Source: Methanobacteriota archaeon
GTDB lineage: Archaea > Halobacteriota > Bog-38 > Methanoflorentales > Methanoflorentaceae
Direction of reading: 5' to 3'
NCBI GenBank assembly: GCA_963719035.1
Contig: CAVRAO010000002.1
Span: 416,001-480,000, forward strand
Length of the DNA: 64,000 nt
The notes under the pieces were generated by a model, which worked only from the letters and a program-made list of their open reading frames with translations, did no database searches and was not told where the DNA came from. Positions 10,815 to 20,735 of this stretch are shown piece by piece (position 1 is the first letter of the stretch; every line of letters begins with the position of its first letter). The translations under genes and the position numbers were made by a program.

Positions 10815-11414
10815 GTGATTATAGTGAATCAAGAAAAAGAATCAGAAAATGAAGTTTTAAGTGCTGAAACATCCCCTTTTGAGTTTTTGTACAAAAAGGA
10901 AAGTTTAATAAAGTGCTTACAGTGCGGGAGATGTACAGCGGGATGCCCAGCTGCAAAAGTATTCAGCGACTATAGCCCACGTGAAATCGTTAGGCGTGCA
11001 CAAGAGTGCACGGCAGACGAGCTCGCAAAAGACCCCCTTATCTGGCTTTGCGGTCAATGTTATACCTGCAATTCTCGATGTCCTCGAAATAACACTCCGG
11101 CCTCCATCATACTGAACGCGAGAAACAGAGCGTTCAAAGAGGGATACGCACCAGATGAGATCTACAAAAAAGCTTCTTTGCTGCTTCAATCTTTAGAAAG
11201 TAACGGCGTAACCGTTTCACCTGAATTGTTCGAGCACGACCTTGGCTTGTTGAGCAAACTCGTCGACCATAATAAGCTCACAACGCTGAGAGCTGAGCTG
11301 GGACTGCCTGCTCGAAACTCTCGAGACATACCAGTCCCAGCCAAAGCGCTCAAAGAGATTAGGACCATTTTGAAATTAACTTGTAACAAAGGGGGGCTTT
11401 TCAACGACCACTGA
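10815..11414 (+). CDS. hdrC: Heterodisulfide reductase subunit C (HdrC1-type)
   Basis: CLQCGRCTAGCP and WLCGQCYTCNSRCPR 2x[4Fe-4S] motifs. Confidence 0.9.
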   Translation: MIIVNQEKESENEVLSAETSPFEFLYKKESLIKCLQCGRCTAGCPAAKVFSDYSPREIVRRAQECTADELAKDPLIWLCGQCYTCNSRCPRNNTPASIILNARNRAFKEGYAPDEIYKKASLLLQSLESNGVTVSPELFEHDLGLLSKLVDHNKLTTLRAELGLPARNSRDIPVPAKALKEIRTILKLTCNKGGLFNDH

Positions 11415-12330
11415 TCGGCTAGTCTTAACGTCTTCCAAGCTGCCCCAACGCTTGTACCTGTTCAAGAGTTGTGTCGCGGGGACTTTCTACCCGGGCATAG
11501 AACGATCATTCAGGTTCATACTGAATTCTTTAAACGTTGACTACTTCGATGATCCTAACCAATCGTCGTGCACCGGATTTGCAGGGCACTGCGGCGTGGT
11601 TCCGCCTGAGGCCAATCTCAGCCTTAATGCCAGAAATCTTGCGCTTGCTTACAATTCAGGGTACACCAATGTCGTCTGCACGTGCCCCACCTCATACGCG
11701 AATCTAAAGGAGTGTATTGGCGAACTTGACGACAACAAAACGCGGGCAGCAGTAAACGACGTTTTGAAAGCAGTGAACTACGAGTATAAAGGAGGCGTGA
11801 CGGTCTATCACGCTGCTGAGGTGCTTTATAGTCTGAAAGAAATCCTCGCAGAGCGTGCGAAATTCTCTCTTTCTAAGGTTAACATAGCAACGCATCACGG
11901 GTGCCATTATACAAAAGTATTTTACGACGAGGTAACTGGCGGGTTGTGGGAGTATCCTACTTTGCTTGATGAAATATGTGCGGCTTTCTCAGCGACACTC
12001 GTCGATTATTCTGAACGATCTTCTTGCTGTGGTCTTGGTTTTTCGCACCTTATCGGCGTAGACGAGTATACAGAATCAACAAGCTTTAGAAAGCTCGAGA
12101 GCGTACTCGCTGAAGAGCCCGACCTTATCGTAACGATGTGTGCTGGCTGCCAATTAATTCTCGATAGATTTCAGCGCCAGTTCGAAGAACGATTCGATCG
12201 GGTCGTACCTGTGTTAAACGTATCGCAACTCGTAGCATTGTTGCTTGGAGCCGATAAATCAAGAGACGCATGCCTCCAATTTGGGACGATCGATGTAGCT
12301 CCACTTGTTGAAAAGATGGAGGCCGTTTGA
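11404..12330 (+). CDS. hdrB: Heterodisulfide reductase subunit B (HdrB1-type); start uncertain (ACG 11404 or TTG 11452)
   Basis: Two CCG domains: LFKSC...YPGIE, SSCTG, CPTS, HHGCH, CCGLG, CAGC. Confidence 0.88.
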   Translation, partial: TTTDRLVLTSSKLPQRLYLFKSCVAGTFYPGIERSFRFILNSLNVDYFDDPNQSSCTGFAGHCGVVPPEANLSLNARNLALAYNSGYTNVVCTCPTSYANLKECIGELDDNKTRAAVNDVLKAVNYEYKGGVTVYHAAEVLYSLKEILAERAKFSLSKVNIATHHGCHYTKVFYDEVTGGLWEYPTLLDEICAAFSATLVDYSERSSCCGLGFSHLIGVDEYTESTSFRKLESVLAEEPDLIVTMCAGCQLILDRFQRQFEERFDRVVPVLNVSQLVALLLGADKSRDACLQFGTIDVAPLVEKMEAV

Positions 12331-12331
12331 A

Positions 12332-14671
12332 GTGTCGAAATTCGGAGTCTTCTTATGTCGATGCGATGGAAACATCTCAAACTCAATCGATATTGATAGG
12401 TTAGATAAGGATTTCAAACGCACCAACGTTGTAGACTCGGATCAACACCTCTGTTCGCTACAAGGCCAGCAGAAGATCAAGAGATCCATTCACAAACACA
12501 ACCTCGATGGCGTTGTGATCGCTGCTTGTTCGCCTAACAATCATGGTAAGACCTTCAGGGGCTGTATACGCGAAGCAGGACTTAACCCGTATCTTCTTGA
12601 GATCACAAATATTAGAGAACAATGTTCGTGGGTCACCGATGACAGAAAGAGCGCTACCAAGAAAGCGCGCGACCTCATCAATGCGTCTCTACAACGGCTC
12701 GAGCACGCGGAATCCCTTTCTGAGTTTCGTGTTGACGTTACAAACGCCACTCTCGTGGTTGGCGGTGGCATCGCAGGAATCACTGCAGCGCTCGCCTTGG
12801 CAGAAAATGGCGTAAAAACGTATTTGGTTGAAAAAGAGCCCTCTATTGGAGGCAACACGGTAAGAATCGGAAAAGTTTTTTCGCCACACAAGATGGTGGA
12901 AGAGTGCGCGATGTGCTCACTGAGCCCATTAATGAATGATGTTTACGAAAATCAAAACATCGAACTCCTCACTGACGCTGAAATTGCCAACATAAACGGA
13001 ACTGCTGGTCACTTCAACGTCGACGTCAAAATCAAACCACAAAGCGTTAGTGAACGATGTACGAGCTGCGGGGAGTGTGCGACCGTTTGTCCAATCGAAG
13101 TGCCAGATTGGTGGAACGCCAACACACGAAAAAGAAAAGCTATCTATAAACCTTTTCCACAGGCCGTCCCTGATAGGTACACGATCGATGCAGAGCACTG
13201 TGTCAACTGTGGTAAATGCACAAAGGTATGCAAGTCCGATGCAATTGTGCTCGAAGCCGAACCTTCTCTTAGAAAAATAGAAGTCGGAGCTATCGTCATA
13301 GCAACGGGCCATGATGAGTTCGATCCAAGTTTGCGGCCTGAATATGGCTACGGTCGTTTTAAAGACGTTGTTACTCAGTTAGAGCTCGCTCGGATAATTG
13401 GCGTAAATGGGCCTACAAACGGTGAACTCTTAAGACCCTCTGACGGCACACAGCCCAAGCGAATAGTGATGATACAATGCGTCGGATCGAGGGACGAAAA
13501 GCCGAATGGATTGCCGTATTGCTCGTCCGTTTGTTGCATGGTCGCCCTCAAACATGCTAACTACATCACTGACTATTTTCCGGGAACTGATATAACAGTA
13601 CTTTATACTGACATTCGAGCTCCGGGAATCTATGAAAACTATTACAGGCACGTGCAAGAGAAGGGTGTCAAATTTATCCGCGGACGTGCGAGTGACGTGA
13701 AGCGTAAAGCGGACAAATTGTACGTAAGCGTTGAAGATACATTGCGTGGACAATGCCTCGAACTTGACGCAGACTTGGTGGTCCTTTCAACGGGCATCAA
13801 GCCTTCTCAAGGCACGATCCAAGTTGGGGAGACACTCGGTATCGAACTAAGTGATGCCTTGTTTGTCAAGGAAAAACACCCAAAACTTGAAGGCGCTAGT
13901 ACAAACACAAAAGGGATCTATGTATGCGGCACCGCCCAAGGTCCCAAAGATATCACCTATAGCGTTTTACAAGCAGATGCGGCCGCTCTCGAAGCGCTAT
14001 CGCTTGTTGGTCAGGACTACGTCTCAATAGAACCGCTTTCGGCCTTTGTTAAGGATAGCTGCAATGGTTGCGGTATGTGTGTACGGCAGTGCAAGAACAA
14101 TGCGATAAAGATGGTTGATCGCAGAGCGACGGTCGATCCGATGCTCTGCACCGGTGGCGGCGCGTGTGTACACGTTTGCCCTACTGCAGCACTTGATTTG
14201 CACGGGTGTACGGAAGCCCAACTTGAAGCTTCCATACGTGGAGTCCTTACAGGCAAGAGCGAAAAAGAGATAAGGAACATAGCGTTCTTAGATTCAAAAA
14301 TTGGGTACGCAGCAGCTGACAATATTGGCGCAGCACGGCTCCGCTACCCCCCTTCTATTCGGATCATAAGTGTGCCATCAGTGTTGCGACTCGCACCTCA
14401 ACACATTGATCTGGCGTTCCAATTGGGCGCTGATGGCGTTTTTATCGGACAAGGGTTCGAAGCCGAAAGTTGCGGTGAAAACTTCGAAAGTGTCGAAACG
14501 CGGCTCAACGATTTGAGCAAGAAAATTGTACAGCGTGGGATTGATCCCGCGCGATTAAAGATTTACCGCGTTTACATCCCGCACTTTGTGGGCTTGCACA
14601 AGCGTCTCATGCAGTTTGATGATAAGATCAAAGAGACTGGGGAGATGGAAGAGGAGCTCGCAACGCCTTAA
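12332..14671 (+). CDS. hdrA: Heterodisulfide reductase subunit A (HdrA1-type) with fused degenerate MvhD domain
   Basis: GVFLCRC, AACSP, NIREQCSW, GGGIAG FAD site, EECAMC, QCVGSRD, CSSVCC, ferredoxin inserts, MvhD-like tail; GTG start after GGAGG. Confidence 0.93.
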   Translation: MSKFGVFLCRCDGNISNSIDIDRLDKDFKRTNVVDSDQHLCSLQGQQKIKRSIHKHNLDGVVIAACSPNNHGKTFRGCIREAGLNPYLLEITNIREQCSWVTDDRKSATKKARDLINASLQRLEHAESLSEFRVDVTNATLVVGGGIAGITAALALAENGVKTYLVEKEPSIGGNTVRIGKVFSPHKMVEECAMCSLSPLMNDVYENQNIELLTDAEIANINGTAGHFNVDVKIKPQSVSERCTSCGECATVCPIEVPDWWNANTRKRKAIYKPFPQAVPDRYTIDAEHCVNCGKCTKVCKSDAIVLEAEPSLRKIEVGAIVIATGHDEFDPSLRPEYGYGRFKDVVTQLELARIIGVNGPTNGELLRPSDGTQPKRIVMIQCVGSRDEKPNGLPYCSSVCCMVALKHANYITDYFPGTDITVLYTDIRAPGIYENYYRHVQEKGVKFIRGRASDVKRKADKLYVSVEDTLRGQCLELDADLVVLSTGIKPSQGTIQVGETLGIELSDALFVKEKHPKLEGASTNTKGIYVCGTAQGPKDITYSVLQADAAALEALSLVGQDYVSIEPLSAFVKDSCNGCGMCVRQCKNNAIKMVDRRATVDPMLCTGGGACVHVCPTAALDLHGCTEAQLEASIRGVLTGKSEKEIRNIAFLDSKIGYAAADNIGAARLRYPPSIRIISVPSVLRLAPQHIDLAFQLGADGVFIGQGFEAESCGENFESVETRLNDLSKKIVQRGIDPARLKIYRVYIPHFVGLHKRLMQFDDKIKETGEMEEELATP

Positions 14672-14690
14672 GCCGATGCCATAAAATTTC

Positions 14691-15965
14691 ATGTCAAAAT
14701 CAAACGCGCCCATAAGAAGCATAGACGAGATTAACGCCAAGATAAGAGCCGGAGAAGTCACAGTTTGCACTGCCTCCGAGTTTTGCAACAGGGTGCGGGC
14801 TCACGACGAACTGAATGAAGTAGACGTAGTTACCAGCGGCACGATGGGCATTATGAGCGGAACCTACGCTACCTTGTCTTTTCGCGCCACGGCCCCAAAT
14901 GTCTTCGAGACGGCCCAAATGGCGTGGCTCAATGATGTGCCAGCTACCGTTGGTCCATGTCCGAACGAACGGCTCGGGTTGCTTGATTTGATGGTTTATG
15001 GGCCTACAGTGAGCCGGAGCGATACCAAATATGGGGGGGGCCATCTTTTTCGCGATATTGTGAAAGGGAACGATATCGACTTTGAAGTGCTAACAACGAT
15101 GGGGCAGCTCATAAAGGGACAAACTAACCTTCAAGAGATGCAATTTGCGAGGCTCTCAGCTACTCGAAACGTTTTTAAGAATTATAATGCATTCGTTAAC
15201 CCCAACGACGGTTGCGTCAAGTCCATTTTTTCTGTTACGTGTCTTGAGGGGCCATATAAAGAAGCAAGCTTCTGTGGATGCGGAGAGCTCAATCCTTTAG
15301 AGAAAGACCCTCACTTCGAAACTATCGGAGTTGGCACGAAAGCCCTGTTCAATGGTGCTGTAGGCTTCGTGACAGGGACGGGAACCCGTAGCTCTGCTCA
15401 GAAGCCGAACCTTTCAGGATATGCACCGCTAGAGGGTATGAACCCGAAATATGTTGGTGGCTTTAATACATCCGCAGGTCCCGACGTGTTCTGTTCGTGG
15501 GCAATCCCTATTCCAATTCTTAATACATCTATTCTTGAGCACGCAAGCCGGACAGATGATCAGATCCCCCTGCCAATCGTTGATGTGAATGGGCGCAAGC
15601 CGCTTGGTTATGCACGATACAGCGACGTCTGGCAGAAAGAATATGGGCGGATACGTTACTCAAAGAAAGAGTGCGCGAGTTGCGAAGAGTGTCAAGTCGC
15701 GAAGAATTGTCCAACCGCGGCATTCAAACCGAATGAAGGAATTGATCGTAAAGAATGCGTGCGGTGCGGTGCTTGCTTATTCTCGTGTCCGTATGGCGCT
15801 CTCAAAGGTAATCTGGGTGCTATCGATCTAAATGGGCAACAGATTCCAGTAACGCTGAGACAATCAGATCGATACAATGCAGACAAACTGACGCGAGAGC
15901 TCAAAAAGAAGATCGAGCAGGGTGAGTTTCTGCTGAGTACGCCAGTGCAAAATATCAAACTCTAG
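14691..15965 (+). CDS. comF: Methanogenesis marker protein 16 / ComF-type CoM synthase (aspartate-semialdehyde sulfurtransferase family with ferredoxin domain)
   Basis: RSIDEINAKI, DVVTSGTMGIMSGT, GPCPNERLG, YGGGHLF, GCGELNPLEKDP, C-terminal 2x[4Fe-4S], LRQSDR. Confidence 0.85.
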   Translation: MSKSNAPIRSIDEINAKIRAGEVTVCTASEFCNRVRAHDELNEVDVVTSGTMGIMSGTYATLSFRATAPNVFETAQMAWLNDVPATVGPCPNERLGLLDLMVYGPTVSRSDTKYGGGHLFRDIVKGNDIDFEVLTTMGQLIKGQTNLQEMQFARLSATRNVFKNYNAFVNPNDGCVKSIFSVTCLEGPYKEASFCGCGELNPLEKDPHFETIGVGTKALFNGAVGFVTGTGTRSSAQKPNLSGYAPLEGMNPKYVGGFNTSAGPDVFCSWAIPIPILNTSILEHASRTDDQIPLPIVDVNGRKPLGYARYSDVWQKEYGRIRYSKKECASCEECQVAKNCPTAAFKPNEGIDRKECVRCGACLFSCPYGALKGNLGAIDLNGQQIPVTLRQSDRYNADKLTRELKKKIEQGEFLLSTPVQNIKL

Positions 15966-16151
15966 TTGACTAACGTATTTCATCGTTTGCTTTTTTGTGC
16001 CTCTAATGTATATTAACGCCGAGCTCAAGGTCGACAAAGCCTGACAAGCCCCGAGAGCTTGGTGAAAAAAGATCCATTGCAGTTGCAGAAAGAGCGATAA
16101 CACGTCTTAGTGAATAGAAGTAATATAGGGTTACAGCATACTCAATACGAA

Positions 16152-16225
16152 GGGGCCATAGGGTAGCCTGGTTATCCTTGGGGACTGGGGGTCCTCAGAC
16201 CCGAGTTCAAATCTCGGTGGCCCCA
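16152..16225 (+). tRNA. tRNA-Pro(GGG)
   Basis: Acceptor GGGGCCA/TGGCCCC, anticodon arm GGGGA-CTGGGGG-TCCTC, T arm CCGAG-TTCAAAT-CTCGG. Confidence 0.95.
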
Positions 16226-16432
16226 CTGCTTAAATCTCACATTAACTGAGGGAGGTCGCCCCTGCAAAAGTTATTAAATAGCGCGCGCAACATAAAGAAG
16301 TATAGAATCTAGAGATTGCCAGCAGCGTTTTATGTGCATTTAAAGGTGCTCCCGATTTGGATTGAGCATTGCAGACGCAACATATTTTGCTAATTTATTG
16401 AATCACAGAAGATCTGTTTAGGAGCAAAAAAA

Positions 16433-17474
16433 GTGCCGATTGGGATTACAACTGTACGGCGTGTACATACCCCGATACAGGATCAGAGTCGAAGAGATTG
16501 CACGAGTGTGGGGAGATGACCCCAACGACATTAAAAAAGGATTGCGCGTTTTAGAAAAATCAGTCCCAGACCGAGATGAAGATACTGCTACCATCGCGGT
16601 CGAAGCTGCTCGCTCAGCCCTACGTCGATCTGGCTTAGAGGGTGCTGACATTGGAGCGATATATGTCGGCAGCGAATCTCACCCTTATGCGGTCAAACCG
16701 ACGGCGACGATCGTTGCTGAAGCGGTTCGGGCAACACCAGAGCTTATGGCTGCTGACTTTGAATTCGCGTGCAAAGCGGGAACTGCTGCAATACAGACGT
16801 GCTTAGGGCTGGTCGCTGCTGATTACATCAAATACGGCATGGCGATAGGAGCGGACACCTCTCAAGGAGCGCCCGCAGATGCCCTTGAATATACCGCAGC
16901 CGCAGGTGGTGCAGCTTACGTCATAGGAAAGAACCACGTCATTGCTGAAATTGAGGACACATATTCATTCACAACTGACACATTTGACTTTTGGAGGCGC
17001 GAAGGCCAGCAATATCCAAAGCACGGGGGGAGGTTTACGGGTGAGCCGGGCTATTTCAAGCACGTTTTGGCAGGAGCGCGAGGATTGCTGGAAAAGACAC
17101 ACAGCACACCAGAGGACTTCGACTATGTGGTCTTTCATCAACCAAACGGCAAGTTCCCACGCTCGGTTGCCTCTACGCTTGGTTTTTCACAAGATCAGCT
17201 AAAACAAGGTCTCGTGGTAGAACGATTGGGCAATGCATACTCCGGGTCAGCGCTGATTGGATTAGCGTCGGTGCTAGATGTTGCTGAACCTGGGAGTCGC
17301 ATCTTTATGACCGCGTTTGGATCGGGGGCGGGCAGTGATTCGTTCACCATTAAGGTGACAAAGGAGATCAGCAGTATCCAAGGTCTTGCTCCAACTGTCG
17401 CAGAGCTGCTTGAAGCCCCAATTTATCTAGATTATGCACTTTACGCTAAACACAAGAATAAGATAGTGCTCTAA
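16433..17474 (+). CDS. Hydroxymethylglutaryl-CoA synthase; probable +1 indel near 16453
   Basis: [30 protein letters not shown] catalytic Cys, [12 protein letters not shown] at 16433 gives MPIGITT-YGVYIP if one base is removed. Confidence 0.93.
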
Positions 17475-17503
17475 GGGTTAACCATACAACAAAACGATTT
17501 ACG

Positions 17504-18667
17504 ATGAGAGAAGTAGCCATCGTCGGTATAGGATGCACAAAATTCGGCGAAATGTGGGATAAAAGCTTTCGCGACCTGTTTATCGAAGCAGGCTTGATGG
17601 CTCTTGCAGATGCCCGAGTGAGCGGTGCGCAGATAGAGGCACTTTATGGCGGAAACATGAGCTCAGGAATATTCCTCGAGCAAGAGCACGTCGGGGCGCT
17701 TATCGCAGACTATTCCGGACTTACTGCAAATAATGTGCCAAGCACCCGGGTGGAAGCGGCGTGTGCCTCAGGGGGCCTCGCGCTGCGGAGCGGGATAATC
17801 GCGGTCGCTTCAGGCTACCACGACGTCGTCATCTCAGCGGGTATAGAAAAGATGACCGACATCGGCGCGGAAAAAGCAATGGATGCGCTCGCGGCCGCTG
17901 CTGACAGGGAGTGGGAGGCTGCAGTCGGCGCTACTTTCCCTGGGCTGTATGCCATGATGGCCCGGGCGCATATGCATGAATTTGGGACCACGCGAGAGCA
18001 GCTCGCCCAAGTCGCCGTCAAAAACCATTACAACGGTTCGATGAACCCTCGAGCACAATTCAGAAACAGAATCACGATAGAAACGGTAATCAATTCGCCA
18101 CTCGTCGCTGATCCTCTTAGGCTTTTTGACTGCAGTCCTATAACGGATGGCGCAGCTGCCGTCGTATTAGTTCCTGCCGCAAGGGCGAAAGAATTCACAG
18201 ACACACCTATTTATATCAAAGCAGCCGCTCAAGCAAGCGATAGTATCTCTTTGCACGACCGAAGGAGCTTGACAAGCATAGACGCGACTACCGTTGCAGC
18301 GGATCGTGCCTTCAAGATGACAAAGCTGCAAAGGTCAAAAATAGACGTGGCTGAAGTACATGACTGCTTTACTATCGCTGAAATAATGGCAATTGAAGAT
18401 CTAGGATTCTTCGAAAAGGGGGCAGGTGGCCCTGCAACAATTGCAGGCGAGACGGCTATTGGTGGTAAGATTCCAATTAATACGAGTGGTGGGCTAAAGG
18501 CTTGTGGGCATCCCGTCGGTGCTACAGGGGTCAAGCAAGCTGTAGAGATCGTTGAGCAACTCAGAGGCGATGCCGGAAAAAGGCAGGTTGATGGAGCTGA
18601 AGTTGGGTTAACCCACAACGTTGGCGGCACAGGTGGCACTGTAGTCGTCCATATTCTAGCGAGGTGA
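17504..18667 (+). CDS. Acetoacetyl-CoA thiolase (archaeal mevalonate pathway)
   Basis: [33 protein letters not shown]; clustered with HMG-CoA synthase and DUF35. Confidence 0.93.
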   Translation: MREVAIVGIGCTKFGEMWDKSFRDLFIEAGLMALADARVSGAQIEALYGGNMSSGIFLEQEHVGALIADYSGLTANNVPSTRVEAACASGGLALRSGIIAVASGYHDVVISAGIEKMTDIGAEKAMDALAAAADREWEAAVGATFPGLYAMMARAHMHEFGTTREQLAQVAVKNHYNGSMNPRAQFRNRITIETVINSPLVADPLRLFDCSPITDGAAAVVLVPAARAKEFTDTPIYIKAAAQASDSISLHDRRSLTSIDATTVAADRAFKMTKLQRSKIDVAEVHDCFTIAEIMAIEDLGFFEKGAGGPATIAGETAIGGKIPINTSGGLKACGHPVGATGVKQAVEIVEQLRGDAGKRQVDGAEVGLTHNVGGTGGTVVVHILAR

Positions 18668-18671
18668 CTGG

Positions 18672-19061
18672 ATGACCGTCCCACGTTTTTGGAGAGAAAT
18701 TCCGAATAGGTATAATCTTGTCGGCACAAAATGTGAAAATTGTAACACCTACTACTTCCCTCCACGAACTATATGCCCTCCGTGCAGGCGGAAAGGATGG
18801 ATTCGAGAATATGCATTCGAAGGCAGCGGAGAAATTGTGACGTATACTACAATATACACAGCTCCCGAAAGTTTCACCAAGATGACCCCTTACGTTCTAG
18901 CTATCGTCCAACTCGATGAAGGGCCTAAACTCACAGCTCAAATCGTTTGCGATCCGTCAGAAGTCAAGATTGGCGCGCGGGTTAGATCAGTATTTAGAAA
19001 ACTTGGAGAGGACGGACCCGACGGCGTGATCTATTACGGCACGAAATTCACGCTTGCTTGA
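18672..19061 (+). CDS. DUF35 Zn-ribbon/OB-fold scaffold of the thiolase/HMG-CoA synthase complex
   Basis: VPRFWRE...CENC...PPRTICPPC...GVIYYGTKF. Confidence 0.92.
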   Translation: MTVPRFWREIPNRYNLVGTKCENCNTYYFPPRTICPPCRRKGWIREYAFEGSGEIVTYTTIYTAPESFTKMTPYVLAIVQLDEGPKLTAQIVCDPSEVKIGARVRSVFRKLGEDGPDGVIYYGTKFTLA

Positions 19062-19225
19062 AAGTTCTCTCTTTACCATTTCTCACCTGAAAGCTTTTTT
19101 AAATAGATATTTTTGAATAATAAGTCGCGTCAAAAGTGACAGCGTTTTTCACAGCTTCAGCGACAACCGCTACTGCAGCCAAGTGAATCAAAGTCAATTG
19201 AGCTCTGATTGAGCAGGTTTTGTCT

Positions 19226-20440
19226 TTACCGACCGAGAGTTGCATGCGCTCTCGCGAGGTGGTGAGTAGCAAGCGCAGCTAAAAGAGAGAGTTCCCCAGC
19301 AAGCACAGCGCAACAGGCTATCTCAGCGAATTTTTTGGCGTGGGTTCCCGGTGGCGTCCCCCCACCTGCTACGTTCATAATTGATAAACACTCTTGCTGC
19401 GTTTTGACGGTCGTTCCTCCCCCTACTGTGCCAACGGGTAATGAAGGAATGCTCACTGACGCGTAGAGTTCATCTCCGCGCGTAGAGAGACTTGTTATTG
19501 CCGTTGACGCCTCAACTACATGGGCAGCATCCTGACCGGTTGCAATAAATATCGCAGCAACAACATTTGCTGCATGGGCGTTGAATCCTAGCGATCCGGC
19601 TTTAATAGACCCCAGCACGTTTTTTCGATAATGAACATCCGACATGCTTTCAGGTGTCGTTTTCAGCGCACGCTTGAGAACGTCGCGAGGTATAGAAATT
19701 TCAGCAATGACATTTTTGCCTCGGCCTTCAATTAAGTTTAAGGCCGCGGGTTTCTTGTCTATGCACATATTGCCCGAAAGTGCAACGAGCCGTATGTTAA
19801 GCTCATCCACGATAACGTCAGCAAGTCGGTCAGTAGCAATCGTGACCATATTCATACCAAGGGCGTCTTTGGTGTCAAACGCGCACCGTAAGAAGACGTT
19901 ATCAGCTACGACATAAGGGTCTATCCTGATGAGTCTGCCGTGCTTAGTGGTCCCCTCTGTTGCTTTTTGCAGCTTAGCAAAGTTGGCTGGTTTTTTGACC
20001 CACTCAACAACGCGCTGCGCTTCACCTATATCACTAACTGCAAAGACTGGAGCGCGAGTCATTTCATCGTTGAGAATACGAACGCACGCGCCGCCAGCTT
20101 CCGTTATCGCCTTACAGCCCCTGTTCACAGACGCGACAAGGGCCCCCTCAGTCGTAGCTAAAGGCACATAAAACTCCCCGTTAGCATATTGACCCGCAAC
20201 ACCTAAAGGCCCAGCAATGCCAACGGGCACTTGAACGGCCCCGATCATGTTTTCTATGTTACGTTTTGAGGACGATTCAGCATCTATAACGTACGCGCTT
20301 ATTCCGCCTAAGTCAGCGCCAGTCAGCTTTTCGACCGCCTTGCGCCTGATTTCGACGGCCTCGGAGGCGGGAAGGTCAACCTGATGCATTCCTAACTTAC
20401 CCGCTATTATTTTATTAACAAGCAACTCCGCATCTCTAAT
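19226..20440 (-). CDS. hmgA: HMG-CoA reductase (class I, NADPH); start ATT 20440 or TTG 20425
   Basis: NIENMIG, PLATTEGALVAS, DALGMNMV, GNMCIDKK, GTVGGGT, GELSLLAAL...HLARAH. Confidence 0.95.
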   Translation of the reverse strand: MRDAELLVNKIIAGKLGMHQVDLPASEAVEIRRKAVEKLTGADLGGISAYVIDAESSSKRNIENMIGAVQVPVGIAGPLGVAGQYANGEFYVPLATTEGALVASVNRGCKAITEAGGACVRILNDEMTRAPVFAVSDIGEAQRVVEWVKKPANFAKLQKATEGTTKHGRLIRIDPYVVADNVFLRCAFDTKDALGMNMVTIATDRLADVIVDELNIRLVALSGNMCIDKKPAALNLIEGRGKNVIAEISIPRDVLKRALKTTPESMSDVHYRKNVLGSIKAGSLGFNAHAANVVAAIFIATGQDAAHVVEASTAITSLSTRGDELYASVSIPSLPVGTVGGGTTVKTQQECLSIMNVAGGGTPPGTHAKKFAEIACCAVLAGELSLLAALATHHLARAHATLGR

Positions 20441-20608
20441 GGAGAGTCCCCCTCTAGTTTGTGCCAGCCAGTACTTCAGACGAAAACATGGCGCCTATAG
20501 TGAATAAGCCTAAAAGCTTGTTTTTTAGCCTCTGTCTGAGCTTAACGGCGTCATCCTTCGACTCAAAATATTTATAGAGTAACCTAGTATATAAATGTGA
20601 ATTTCGAT

Positions 20609-20705
20609 GCCTCAGTGGCTAAGCCTGGTATAGCGCGTCCTTGGTACGTTTCTACAATCGAACACAGAAAGGACGAGGTCGCGGATTCGAATTCCGCCTG
20701 AGGCT
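20609..20705 (+). tRNA. tRNA-Thr(GGT) with a 23-nt intron at position 37/38 (20647-20669)
   Basis: Acceptor GCCTCAG/CTGAGGC, anticodon stem CGTCC/GGACG, loop TT-GGT-A interrupted by an insert forming a BHB-like motif, T arm GCGGA-TTCGAAT-TCCGC. Confidence 0.9.
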
Positions 20706-20735
20706 TTTTCTTCGTCCTAAAAAAATGCTAAAACC

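Noticed and set aside
10815-15965. Selenocysteine or pyrrolysine readthrough in the hdr cluster
   Set aside because: The ORFs are complete with Cys at the expected sites; no in-frame TGA/TAG needs recoding.
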